48,287 nucleotides of DNA from Klebsiella phage HZJ32. Positions within the stretch are counted from its first letter, which is position 1. The number at the start of each line of letters is the position of its first letter. Shown here in pieces: positions 33,432 through 41,827 of the stretch. The DNA lies in the sequence record PQ821643.1; one strand, given 5' to 3'. The position numbers were made by a program, and so were the translations under genes. The notes under the pieces are model-generated. The model was not told where the DNA came from, ran no database searches, and was given only the letters and a program-made list of their open reading frames with translations.

Positions 33432-33809
33432 ATGAACTACAAAGCAATCCAGGCTCGCGCAAGCGCTGGCATTAAGTTCTTCAGCGACGCTGACGGCGTG
33501 TTCAACAAGTACACGAAAGGCGCTGGCGGTGGTATCGATCCGGAAACCGGGGAAGATATCATTCCTGGCGAGGTGGTAACGACAATCAAGGGCGCGATCA
33601 GGGATGTAAATGACCGTGACATTAACGGAGAAACCATCCTCGCTGGCGATAAGCGCGGTTTTTTCACTCATGATGAGCCAATCATGGAAGGTGACGAAAT
33701 CGACGTTGACGGTGAACGTTACCGCGTGGTTAATGCGCGTCCGGTAAAACCAACGGGAACCGTTGTCGCCTACCGTCCAGTTTTACGCAGGGTGGCGACT
33801 TATGGCTAA
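33432..33809 (+). CDS. Head-closure/neck-like protein
   Basis: ATG at 33432; position in connector block. Confidence 0.6.
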   Translation: MNYKAIQARASAGIKFFSDADGVFNKYTKGAGGGIDPETGEDIIPGEVVTTIKGAIRDVNDRDINGETILAGDKRGFFTHDEPIMEGDEIDVDGERYRVVNARPVKPTGTVVAYRPVLRRVATYG

Positions 33810-34239
33810 TTATACGATCCGGGAGTTCACAGGGGCTATTGATGCATGGTGTAAGGCCGCTGGTGATGCGCTGGAGGACGTTGTAAGGTTTACGTGTGAA
33901 GATATTCACCGCGACCTTGTAATGCGTTCTCCGGTGGATACAGGGCGCTTCCGTGGTAACTGGCAAATCACCTTTAACCGAGCCCCGCTTTACGCGATTA
34001 ACGCATACGACCAAACGGGCGAGAAGACAATCCAGAACGGTAACGCCAACATTGCACTATACGCAAAAGGGGCCGGGATCACTTCGATCTGGTTCAGTAA
34101 CATGCTAATCTATGCGAACGCGCTGGAATACGGTCATTCAAAGCAGGCTCCCAATGGTGTTATGGGCGTTGTTGCTATCAGGCTGGGCGTTTATGTAACT
34201 GAAGCAATCAAGCGAGCGAGGGCGAAAAATGCACTATGA
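33802..34239 (+). CDS. HK97 gp10-like tail completion/minor structural protein
   Basis: DLVMRSPVDTGRFRGNWQITFNRAPLY is typical of gp10-like proteins. Confidence 0.7.
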   Translation: MANYTIREFTGAIDAWCKAAGDALEDVVRFTCEDIHRDLVMRSPVDTGRFRGNWQITFNRAPLYAINAYDQTGEKTIQNGNANIALYAKGAGITSIWFSNMLIYANALEYGHSKQAPNGVMGVVAIRLGVYVTEAIKRARAKNAL

Positions 34240-34660
34240 AATGGCGTTAAAATGCAAGGCAGCAGCGGCTAAATTCGCTGCCGACAACGGGTTGAAGGTC
34301 GCAGGCGATAACGTTGACTTTATCCCTCCAGCGGGCGGTGAGACCTACCTTAAAGTCTCCTACGTCGAGGCGGATTCAAGATCGGTCGACCTGTCAAGGA
34401 AATGCCGAGTCTATCTGGCGATGGTTCAGATTGACGTTATCTTTAAGCCTGGGATCGGAACCGACTCCGCAAGGCTCATTGCGCAAAACGTTGCAAAATG
34501 TTTCCCTGAAGGTAAAATAATTGATTCTGTTAATAAAGTTTATGTGAGCGAATGGGCGGAAGTTTCCGGCGTGCAGAAGCACGAAACTGGTTGGTTTTTC
34601 CCGGTTCGGTTCACAGTAAGATGCAACAGCGTGGAGGATAGCGGTTATCAAACCACCTAA
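34229..34660 (+). CDS. Tail terminator-like protein (DUF4128-like)
   Basis: Position just before the tail tube gene; 143 aa. Confidence 0.65.
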   Translation: MHYEMALKCKAAAAKFAADNGLKVAGDNVDFIPPAGGETYLKVSYVEADSRSVDLSRKCRVYLAMVQIDVIFKPGIGTDSARLIAQNVAKCFPEGKIIDSVNKVYVSEWAEVSGVQKHETGWFFPVRFTVRCNSVEDSGYQTT

Positions 34661-34686
34661 CTGATCTTCGAGATGCTTATAATTTC

Positions 34687-34715
34687 TTGCCAGTCCGGAA
34701 ATATATAGGCATAAT
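34687..34715 (+). promoter_or_regulatory. Candidate sigma70 promoter for the major tail protein
   Basis: TTGCCA-N17-CATAAT. Confidence 0.5.
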
Positions 34716-34753
34716 GGCGGAGTAAAACTTTCATTCAAACAGGAGTATTCAAC

Positions 34754-35410
34754 ATGCATTTACCAAACGGTGCTAAGGTCTTCTTTGAGAAGGCTCGCGG
34801 TGAGGAGATTCCGTTTACCGCAATGACAAACGACGTGAAAAACCCCAAAATCACGGTGACAGATGGTGCGCTCGACGTTAACGATATCGTGATCTTTACC
34901 GATTGCACCTGGAGCGACATTGTAAATAAAGTGGCTCGCGTCAAGTCGGTATCGGCTGGTGTGGCAACTCTGGAAGAGTTCGACACCTCCGACACCAACA
35001 AATACCCTACGGCTGCAACCGGAAGCGTGAGCGTCGTTACTGACTGGATCGAGTTGCCTTGTATTCAGGATTTGGGTAAAGACGGCAACGAGCAACAGTA
35101 TTATAACTACCAGTGCCTGAGCGATGAGCGCGAACAGTCCGAGCCTACCTATAAGTCGGCGGTGACGCTTAACTACACGTTTGCGCACGAGTACGATAAC
35201 GCAATCTACCCGGTGCTGCGTGCAGCAGACGCCAGCAAAGAGGCGAAAGCGATGTACATGTACGTCCCGCGAGCATCCGAGGTTCGTTATTGGTCTGGCA
35301 CTGCATCATTCGATGACATTCCGACTACGGCTGTCAACGAGATGGAGACGGTAACGCTTGATGTTGCGCTTAAAGGTTCGCACGTTTTCTTGCCTGTAAC
35401 CAACGCTTAA
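34754..35410 (+). CDS. Major tail tube protein
   Basis: 218 aa; position between tail terminator and chaperones; ends before a terminator. Confidence 0.8.
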   Translation: MHLPNGAKVFFEKARGEEIPFTAMTNDVKNPKITVTDGALDVNDIVIFTDCTWSDIVNKVARVKSVSAGVATLEEFDTSDTNKYPTAATGSVSVVTDWIELPCIQDLGKDGNEQQYYNYQCLSDEREQSEPTYKSAVTLNYTFAHEYDNAIYPVLRAADASKEAKAMYMYVPRASEVRYWSGTASFDDIPTTAVNEMETVTLDVALKGSHVFLPVTNA

Positions 35411-35416
35411 TTAACT

Positions 35417-35443
35417 GGCGGGGCTTGTGCCTCGCCTTTTTTT
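35417..35443 (+). terminator. Rho-independent terminator after the major tail gene
   Basis: ggcgggg-cttgtg-cctcgcc followed by 7 T. Confidence 0.75.
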
Positions 35444-35486
35444 GTGCATAATAGCAATCAACATATACCAATCAGGAGATTACAAA

Positions 35487-35813
35487 ATGGCTAAGTTTAA
35501 AATTCGTATTGGCGGCGAACTCCCATCCTTCAAACTTCCGGTAACTTTCACTTGCCCCGATGGCAAAGATGCAACCATCAACATGACGGTAAAACATCAC
35601 TCCACCGATGAAATGAAGGAGTTTTATGAAAGCGAAGAAAAAGCGCCGAAAGGTAACGTGGATTTTATCCGCTTCATGGCCGAAGGCTGGGATCTGGACG
35701 AAGAATTTACGGATGAAAACATTTCCTGGCTGTGCTCGCATTACCCTTCCTTTGTCATGGCATTGCCTCAAACGTACATGGCCGCGCTTGCCGGGCATCG
35801 TGCAAAAGTCTAA
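35487..35813 (+). CDS. Tail assembly chaperone, short form (gpG-like)
   Basis: MAKFKIRIGGELPSFKLPVTFTCPDG..., ATG at 35487 after aggag; position between tail tube and tape measure. Confidence 0.75.
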   Translation: MAKFKIRIGGELPSFKLPVTFTCPDGKDATINMTVKHHSTDEMKEFYESEEKAPKGNVDFIRFMAEGWDLDEEFTDENISWLCSHYPSFVMALPQTYMAALAGHRAKV

Positions 35814-36127
35814 GGCGGGCTGTTTATCTAACGCTTCAGCCTGAGTTAACCGATCGCCAGCTTGCTGAGTATGGTTTACGGCGATCGGATTACGAGGCTG
35901 ATTTAGAGGAAATTTTCTTCGATGAGCAGACCGCCCAAAGTTGGCAACTATTCCAGGCCATGCAAACGCAATGGCGCATTGGGATGAATGGCCCAACGGG
36001 GCTGGACTATAATACATTGCCTATGTTCTTTGAATTGTATAAAATCGACAATCGAGAAGCGGCATTGCTTGACTTGCAGATCCTGGAGGGTGAATACCTC
36101 AAACAGATCTACAAAAAATCACAATAA
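35732..36127 (+). CDS. Tail assembly chaperone, -1 frame extension (gpT-like), probably expressed as a frameshift fusion
   Basis: Overlapping -1 frame encodes ...SLRRAVYLTLQPELTDRQLAEYGLRRSDYEADLEEIFF..., lacks a good start; classical G/GT arrangement. Confidence 0.75.
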   Translation: MLALPFLCHGIASNVHGRACRASCKSLRRAVYLTLQPELTDRQLAEYGLRRSDYEADLEEIFFDEQTAQSWQLFQAMQTQWRIGMNGPTGLDYNTLPMFFELYKIDNREAALLDLQILEGEYLKQIYKKSQ

Positions 36128-36147
36128 GCGCCTACGGGCGCTTTTTT
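36127..36147 (+). terminator. Rho-independent terminator
   Basis: agcgcc-tacg-ggcgct followed by T run. Confidence 0.7.
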
Positions 36148-36162
36148 CATATGGGGGCTAAC

Positions 36163-39100
36163 ATGGCTGATAAAGTAGCTGGCTTGACGTTCGGCGTTGA
36201 CGTGTCGCAGGTTGACAGAGCGGTGCGATCACTTGCCGAACTGAAGAACCAAAGCCAACAAACCGGGGCGGGTCTTCAGTCGCTGGCGGACGCTGAGAAG
36301 CGCGCGACGGCGCAGACTGAGGAAATGAACCGCGCGTTGCAGAACCAAAAGAAAACCACGGAAAAGGCCAAGACCAATTTCAACAACATCGCGGGCGCTA
36401 TCGATCCCACGATCTCGAAAATGGCTAACTTGCGCAAGGCTTCGGAAGAGCTGGATAAGGCCTGGCAATTGGGCCTTGTGCCGGACAAGGAATTCTTCCG
36501 CCTGGGTGCTGTCATTGAGTCGACCACCAACAAGCTGAGACAGCAGCAGTTGGCGCTAACCGAAGAAGGCCGCGCGGCAATCGCTGAGGCTGAGGCGAAA
36601 CAGAAGGCGACTAACGCCGGGCGTGATTTTGTCGCCAGCCTGAAGCAGCAAGCAGAATCGGCAGGCAAAACACGCGCTGAATTGCTGGAAATGAAGGCGG
36701 CACAATTAGGCGTATCAGCAGAAGCGGCGCCGTTCATTAATGCCATGAAACAGCAGGAGCAGGCGTTAAAGAAACAGCAGAGCGCGATGGGCCTCGCTGG
36801 CATTTCTGCCGGGCAATATCAAGCAGCAATGCGCCAGCTTCCGGCACAGATCACGGACGTTGTAACGTCCCTTGCTTCAGGTATGCCAGTCTGGATGGTT
36901 GCAATTCAGCAGGGCGGGCAAATCAAGGATAGCTTTGGCGGCGTAGGGAATGCATTTCAGGCGCTGAAAAATTTAATCTTTGGCGCGAGCGCTGATATTA
37001 ATGAATCTCTGGACGAAACCAGCGAAAGCGCAAGCGATCTGGCTGAGAGCTTTAATAATACCGCCGAGGCTGGCGAGAGGATGGGTGGCATTGTTCGGTT
37101 TATCAACCCTGTAACAATCGGTGCGGTTGCCCTTGGTATTGCTATTGCAGCAATTGCGAAGGCAGGCTTCGACGCATGGAAGTCGCAAAGGGATTTGGCT
37201 AATGCGCTGGTGCTGACTGGTGGTTATGCTGCCACCACGACAGGGCAGATTAACGATCTTGCAAATGAGTTAAGCGAGACGTCTAGCGCAACTTCCGGGA
37301 GAATCCAAGATATCGCGTCAACTTTGGCATCTTCTGGAAAATACACCATTAGCCAGATTAAGACCATCACGAAGACTACGGCGGAATGGGAAGCGCAGAC
37401 GGGAGAAAGCAGCGATAAAATCAAGGGGTACTTTGACCAGATCTTAAAAGATCCTGTTAAGGGGCTTGCCGATCTTAACGATAAGTTCAACTTCCTGAAT
37501 GAGGGGCAGCTAACCTATATTGAGTCATTGCGCAAAACTAAAGGCGAGACGGCGGCAGCAGATTCGGCGACAAAACTGTTTGCTGATACGATGGATAAGC
37601 GACTGAAAGATGTGGCTGATAGCGCAACACCTCTTGAAAAAATGTGGATTGATATCAAGAAGTGGGCGTCTGATTCATGGGATTGGGTTGGAAATCACAC
37701 GGTTGGTGCGCTTAACCTTATCGTTGATACTGTATCGGCAATCATCAACACGATCAGGAAGTTGATTACCGACGGCGACGCCATGATTGCGCAGTTTGTC
37801 GTTGACGCTGGCCGAAAGCTGCAAAAAATTCCCGGCATGGGCGACTTTGGGAATGACTTTCTGGCGCAGCAGGAGCAGTTAATCAAGGACTCGAAAGCCA
37901 AATCCGCCGAGCTTGCAAAAACCATTGCGGAACAGCAGGCAAGGATTGCTAAAGGCGAAATGGGTTACATTGACGCCGCCAACAACAAAGATGTTTCCAG
38001 CGGCTACAGCAGTGAAACTAAGGATCGCGTTAACCAGGAAGAAAAGGATATCCTGAAAAACCGCAACGCCAGGAAGCAGCAGGCAGACGCTGGCGTAAAA
38101 ATTGATGAGCAGTATCAGGCTGAACTGCTATCGCTCCAGGCGCAGTTAAAGGTTTTGCAGCAGCACAAAGGGCTTGACGACAAGATCAGCCAGCAGCGCA
38201 AGGACTACTTCGAGACGGTTGCTAAATTCCAGGTTTTGGAAGAGGCAAGCCAGAAGCGTAAACTGACCCAAAGCGAACAGCAGATGCTGGCGAACAAAAA
38301 AAATATCCTGTACATGGCAGAGAAAAAGGCCATCGTGGGAGATCAGATTGTCCGGCAGCAGCGCCTGAACGCCTTGCTTGACAAGTCGGTGAAGTATCAG
38401 AACCAGATGGCTGAGAAGACGAAAGCGCTTCAGGATACCGCTGGGATGGGGAGTAAGCAGCAGGAGCGCTACAGGGCAAATGCGCAGATGGCGGCGGACT
38501 GGAAGAATAACGGAGGCTCGCTTGACGACGCCCAATTTAAGCAGATGCAGGCAGCAAGCGAACAGTTTTACGCGCAGCAGGATGCGCAGATGATTGACTG
38601 GAAAGCGGGATTCACGCATGCCTGGGCTGACATTGGCAACGAAGTTAATGACGTGTACTCCAATATCGGGAGCATCACCCAAAACGCATTTAACGGAATG
38701 GCTACTGTGCTAACTGATTTTGTCATGACTGGTAAGGCCAGCTTTAGCGACTTCGCAAAAAGCGTGATTAATGACATTACCAGCATGTTAATCAAAATGG
38801 CGCTGTTCAATGCAATGTCTGCTGCGTTCGGCGGTGGAGGTACGTTCAGCTTCGCCAGCATGTTCAGCAAAGGGTTCGCCAGCGGCGGCTATACTGGCAA
38901 CGGTGGCAAGTACGAACCAAAAGGCGTTGTGCATGGCGGCGAATTCGTCTTTACTAAAGAGGCGACCAGCCGATTAGGGCCGGAAAATTTATACAGGCTG
39001 ATGCGTGGCTATGCTTCCGGCGGTCTGGTAGGCTCTAACGGTTCGTCAGGATCTGGCGTGACGAATGGCGGGAATGTTGCGGCATCGGCAGCAATGGTGT

Positions 39101-39255
39101 TTAGCATGGGTGACGTGAACATCACGATGGGTTCCGGTCAGGATAGCAAGGGCTTAGAGCAGGGAGTAAGGCAGATCGTGAATGATATGTTCACGGAGGC
39201 ATTGAGCCAAAACGGACGCATTGCGAAATACGTAAACGAGAAAACGAGGGGTTAA
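36163..39255 (+). CDS. Tail tape measure protein
   Basis: About 1030 aa, coiled-coil-rich, with central hydrophobic segments; ATG 36163 after gggggc. Confidence 0.9.
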   Translation: MADKVAGLTFGVDVSQVDRAVRSLAELKNQSQQTGAGLQSLADAEKRATAQTEEMNRALQNQKKTTEKAKTNFNNIAGAIDPTISKMANLRKASEELDKAWQLGLVPDKEFFRLGAVIESTTNKLRQQQLALTEEGRAAIAEAEAKQKATNAGRDFVASLKQQAESAGKTRAELLEMKAAQLGVSAEAAPFINAMKQQEQALKKQQSAMGLAGISAGQYQAAMRQLPAQITDVVTSLASGMPVWMVAIQQGGQIKDSFGGVGNAFQALKNLIFGASADINESLDETSESASDLAESFNNTAEAGERMGGIVRFINPVTIGAVALGIAIAAIAKAGFDAWKSQRDLANALVLTGGYAATTTGQINDLANELSETSSATSGRIQDIASTLASSGKYTISQIKTITKTTAEWEAQTGESSDKIKGYFDQILKDPVKGLADLNDKFNFLNEGQLTYIESLRKTKGETAAADSATKLFADTMDKRLKDVADSATPLEKMWIDIKKWASDSWDWVGNHTVGALNLIVDTVSAIINTIRKLITDGDAMIAQFVVDAGRKLQKIPGMGDFGNDFLAQQEQLIKDSKAKSAELAKTIAEQQARIAKGEMGYIDAANNKDVSSGYSSETKDRVNQEEKDILKNRNARKQQADAGVKIDEQYQAELLSLQAQLKVLQQHKGLDDKISQQRKDYFETVAKFQVLEEASQKRKLTQSEQQMLANKKNILYMAEKKAIVGDQIVRQQRLNALLDKSVKYQNQMAEKTKALQDTAGMGSKQQERYRANAQMAADWKNNGGSLDDAQFKQMQAASEQFYAQQDAQMIDWKAGFTHAWADIGNEVNDVYSNIGSITQNAFNGMATVLTDFVMTGKASFSDFAKSVINDITSMLIKMALFNAMSAAFGGGGTFSFASMFSKGFASGGYTGNGGKYEPKGVVHGGEFVFTKEATSRLGPENLYRLMRGYASGGLVGSNGSSGSGVTNGGNVAASAAMVFSMGDVNITMGSGQDSKGLEQGVRQIVNDMFTEALSQNGRIAKYVNEKTRG

Positions 39256-39257
39256 CA

Positions 39258-39602
39258 GTGGATTCTTTTTCATGGTGTACTCAAATTCAAGGAGGGGCGG
39301 CGAAAGTCGCCGTTTCCAACAACGTTCGAGCGGTTAGTTTCGGCAATGGATATATCCAGACTGCATCGAGTGGCATCAACACAAAGCGCCGGACGGTTCC
39401 GATCGTTTATGGCGGGAGGGATTGGGAGGAGGTTTATGATTTTTGCCAGAATCACGTGACGAAGCCATTTATCTGGAAGGCACCAGATGGAAGAATGGGT
39501 GTATTCGTCGTAACGGCAGACTCTGTTAATCTCGCGCCGATGGGTGGCGGGGTGTATGAGGTAACGGCGGAGTTTGCCGAACGATTCTCTTCAGCCGGAT
39601 AG
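39258..39602 (+). CDS. Minor tail protein (lambda gpM-like)
   Basis: RAVSFGNGYIQTASSGINTKRRTVPIVYGG...; GTG start; position. Confidence 0.75.
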   Translation: MDSFSWCTQIQGGAAKVAVSNNVRAVSFGNGYIQTASSGINTKRRTVPIVYGGRDWEEVYDFCQNHVTKPFIWKAPDGRMGVFVVTADSVNLAPMGGGVYEVTAEFAERFSSAG

Positions 39603-39607
39603 CACAA

Positions 39608-39632
39608 AGCGCCCTTTACGGGTGCTTTTTTT
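39608..39632 (+). terminator. Rho-independent terminator
   Basis: agcgcc...ggtgct followed by 8 T. Confidence 0.65.
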
Positions 39633-39671
39633 TGGCCTATGATCTGGAGTCGAAAATAGGAGGAAATTTAT

Positions 39672-40424
39672 ATGACAACTAACGTTTCAAAAGAGTTTGC
39701 GAACTGCTTGCAAAAGATGTTCCCAGGCGAGATCTTAACGCTGATTGACATTGACGCAACAAAGTTCGGCGGGCAGGTCTACCGATTCCACAATGAGAAT
39801 ATCGCCTACTCAACCGAAGAACTTTTGGAGGCGGTTAACGGCGGCACGCTGACACCGAAGGCGATCACGTTTCGCGGCGAGCAATACGGCCCGCGCCCGT
39901 TCGGGATCGGCGGGATTGCAATGTCAAGTGACGGCACGGTAGAAAAGCCAACGCTGACGGTTAGCAATATTGATGCGCAAGCGAGTGCTCTTATTCGCTC
40001 CTACAACGGCCTCATGCAAGCGAAAGTTACGGTATGGGTTTTGGTCAAGGATTTGCTGAAAGAAGATGGTAACGTGGCTGATGGAGATTTTCGGCGGTTC
40101 GTTTACTATATCGAAAGACCTAAACAGGTTGACCCGCAGAAGGCCACGTTTGAGCTAACATCCGTCTTCGATATGGATGGCTTGATGATTCCGGCCCGCC
40201 AGACTCAAACCGTTTGTTATTGGGCGCAACGCGGCTGGTACAAAACCGGGAAGGGATGCAGTTACAACGGGCAAAGCGGATACTTTGACAAATACGGTAA
40301 TAAGGTTGATGATCCCAGCCAGGATGTTTGCGGTGGCCTTGTTTCGTCGTGCAGATTGCGATTCGGAAATGAGGCTTTGGATTTTGGCGGTTGCGCTACT
40401 GCAACCTTGAAAAGCGGACGGTAA
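39672..40424 (+). CDS. Minor tail protein (lambda gpL-like)
   Basis: CxYNGQSGYFD...CGGLVSSCRLRFG, C-terminal Cys cluster of gpL-type proteins. Confidence 0.85.
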   Translation: MTTNVSKEFANCLQKMFPGEILTLIDIDATKFGGQVYRFHNENIAYSTEELLEAVNGGTLTPKAITFRGEQYGPRPFGIGGIAMSSDGTVEKPTLTVSNIDAQASALIRSYNGLMQAKVTVWVLVKDLLKEDGNVADGDFRRFVYYIERPKQVDPQKATFELTSVFDMDGLMIPARQTQTVCYWAQRGWYKTGKGCSYNGQSGYFDKYGNKVDDPSQDVCGGLVSSCRLRFGNEALDFGGCATATLKSGR

Positions 40425-40425
40425 T

Positions 40426-41163
40426 ATGTTAACTCCAAAAATCAAAATGCAGATCATGCAGCATGCGAAGGAAGTTTACCCGCATGAGTGCGCAGGGCTG
40501 GTAACTCAGAAATCACGCGTGCAGAAATATCACCGACTCGATAACGTTTCTCCGGATCCCGAGAACGAATCAATGCCGGACGAAACACAGTACGCGCTGG
40601 CGTCACTGGAAGGCGAGCCGATCGCCTTCGTTCACTCCCACACTGGCGACGGAGCAACCACCGTTCCGAGCGCCACAGATTTATGCTTCTGTGATGAATC
40701 TGGCTTGTCGTGGGTTATCGTGTCGATTCCAGAAGGTGATATGCGGATTATCGAACCGAAGCGCAGGCCGCTGATTGGTCGCCCCTGGGCTTTGGGCGCG
40801 TATGATTGCTACGGCCTGGTGATGGATTTTCACAAGCGCCACGGCGTCACGCTGACTGACCGCCGCCTGCCGTTCGAATGGTGGAAGCCGGAATACAAAG
40901 AGGATCTTTACCGCGACTACTGGCGCGAAGATGGATTCATCGAAAACACTGGAGATCCCGAAGTAGGCGATATGATTATCTTCCAGCTTCAGGCGGAAAA
41001 GTGGAACCACGCTGGGATTTACGTTGGAAACAATAATATCCTTCACCACGCCTTCGGCAAGCTATCCCGCCGCGATATCTATTCCGGGTGGTATGAGCAG
41101 CACAAGGTTTTAGTTTGCAGACATAAGGATCTTAAACATGGCATCACATACAAAGACGATTAA
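40426..41163 (+). CDS. Tail tip peptidase (lambda gpK-like; Mov34/JAMM plus NlpC/P60)
   Basis: HPHECAGLV...AFVHSHTGDGATTVPSATDLCF (JAMM) and GAYDCYGLVMDFH (NlpC/P60). Confidence 0.85.
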   Translation: MLTPKIKMQIMQHAKEVYPHECAGLVTQKSRVQKYHRLDNVSPDPENESMPDETQYALASLEGEPIAFVHSHTGDGATTVPSATDLCFCDESGLSWVIVSIPEGDMRIIEPKRRPLIGRPWALGAYDCYGLVMDFHKRHGVTLTDRRLPFEWWKPEYKEDLYRDYWREDGFIENTGDPEVGDMIIFQLQAEKWNHAGIYVGNNNILHHAFGKLSRRDIYSGWYEQHKVLVCRHKDLKHGITYKDD

Positions 41164-41740
41164 ACTTTCCGGCTCTCTTGGGCGTCGGTTCGGTGTTTTC
41201 CATAACCTCGCAGTCGATTCAGTCGGCGAATGCATTCGAGCGCTATCCTACCAGGTGGAAGGGTTTAAAGCCTTCATGCAGAGCAAGGTTGGTTCTAACA
41301 TGCGCTTTGGTATCGTCGCGGACGGAAAACCAATCAGCACGAATGACTTTGCAACGTTCGCCGTAGCGAAGGAAATCCGAATCATCCCCATCCCGAAGGC
41401 CAGAAAGAACGGCGGATTGTTGCAGATCGTTATCGGCGCTGCGATTATGGTTGCAGCCTTCTTCACTGGAGGTGCATCGCTGGCGGCAATGGGGGCGTTT
41501 TCATCGGCTGCGTTTATGGCTGGCGGCGCAATGGTCTTGGGTGGCGTTATGCAGATGATTGCACCGCAGATGGGCGGCAATATGCGAGCGAGCGAGTCGC
41601 CAGAAAATAAACCGTCGTATGCTTTCGGAGGGCCGATTAACACCACGGCGGCGGGTTATCCAATCCAGTTGCCATACGGTTACAGATTGGCTGGCGGCGC
41701 TCTGTTCGGTTCGGGATCTTACGCCGAAGACAACAACTAA
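41138..41740 (+). CDS. Tail assembly protein (lambda gpI-like)
   Basis: LSGSLGRRFGVFHNLAVDSVGECIRALSYQVEGFKAFM...YRLAGGALFGSG. Confidence 0.85.
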   Translation: MASHTKTIKLSGSLGRRFGVFHNLAVDSVGECIRALSYQVEGFKAFMQSKVGSNMRFGIVADGKPISTNDFATFAVAKEIRIIPIPKARKNGGLLQIVIGAAIMVAAFFTGGASLAAMGAFSSAAFMAGGAMVLGGVMQMIAPQMGGNMRASESPENKPSYAFGGPINTTAAGYPIQLPYGYRLAGGALFGSGSYAEDNN

Positions 41741-41827
41741 TTAAGCGATTCGCTTTTTAGCCTGGGGGCATAGCCTCCGGGCTTTTTGTCGTGTACAATT
41801 GCAAAACTATTAACAGGAGGCTAAACG

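Noticed and set aside
39600-39632. TAGCACAAAGC at 39600 resembles the cassette element
   Set aside because: It lacks TTGNTAAA and a -10 at the expected distance; it is part of a terminator hairpin region after the gpM-like gene.
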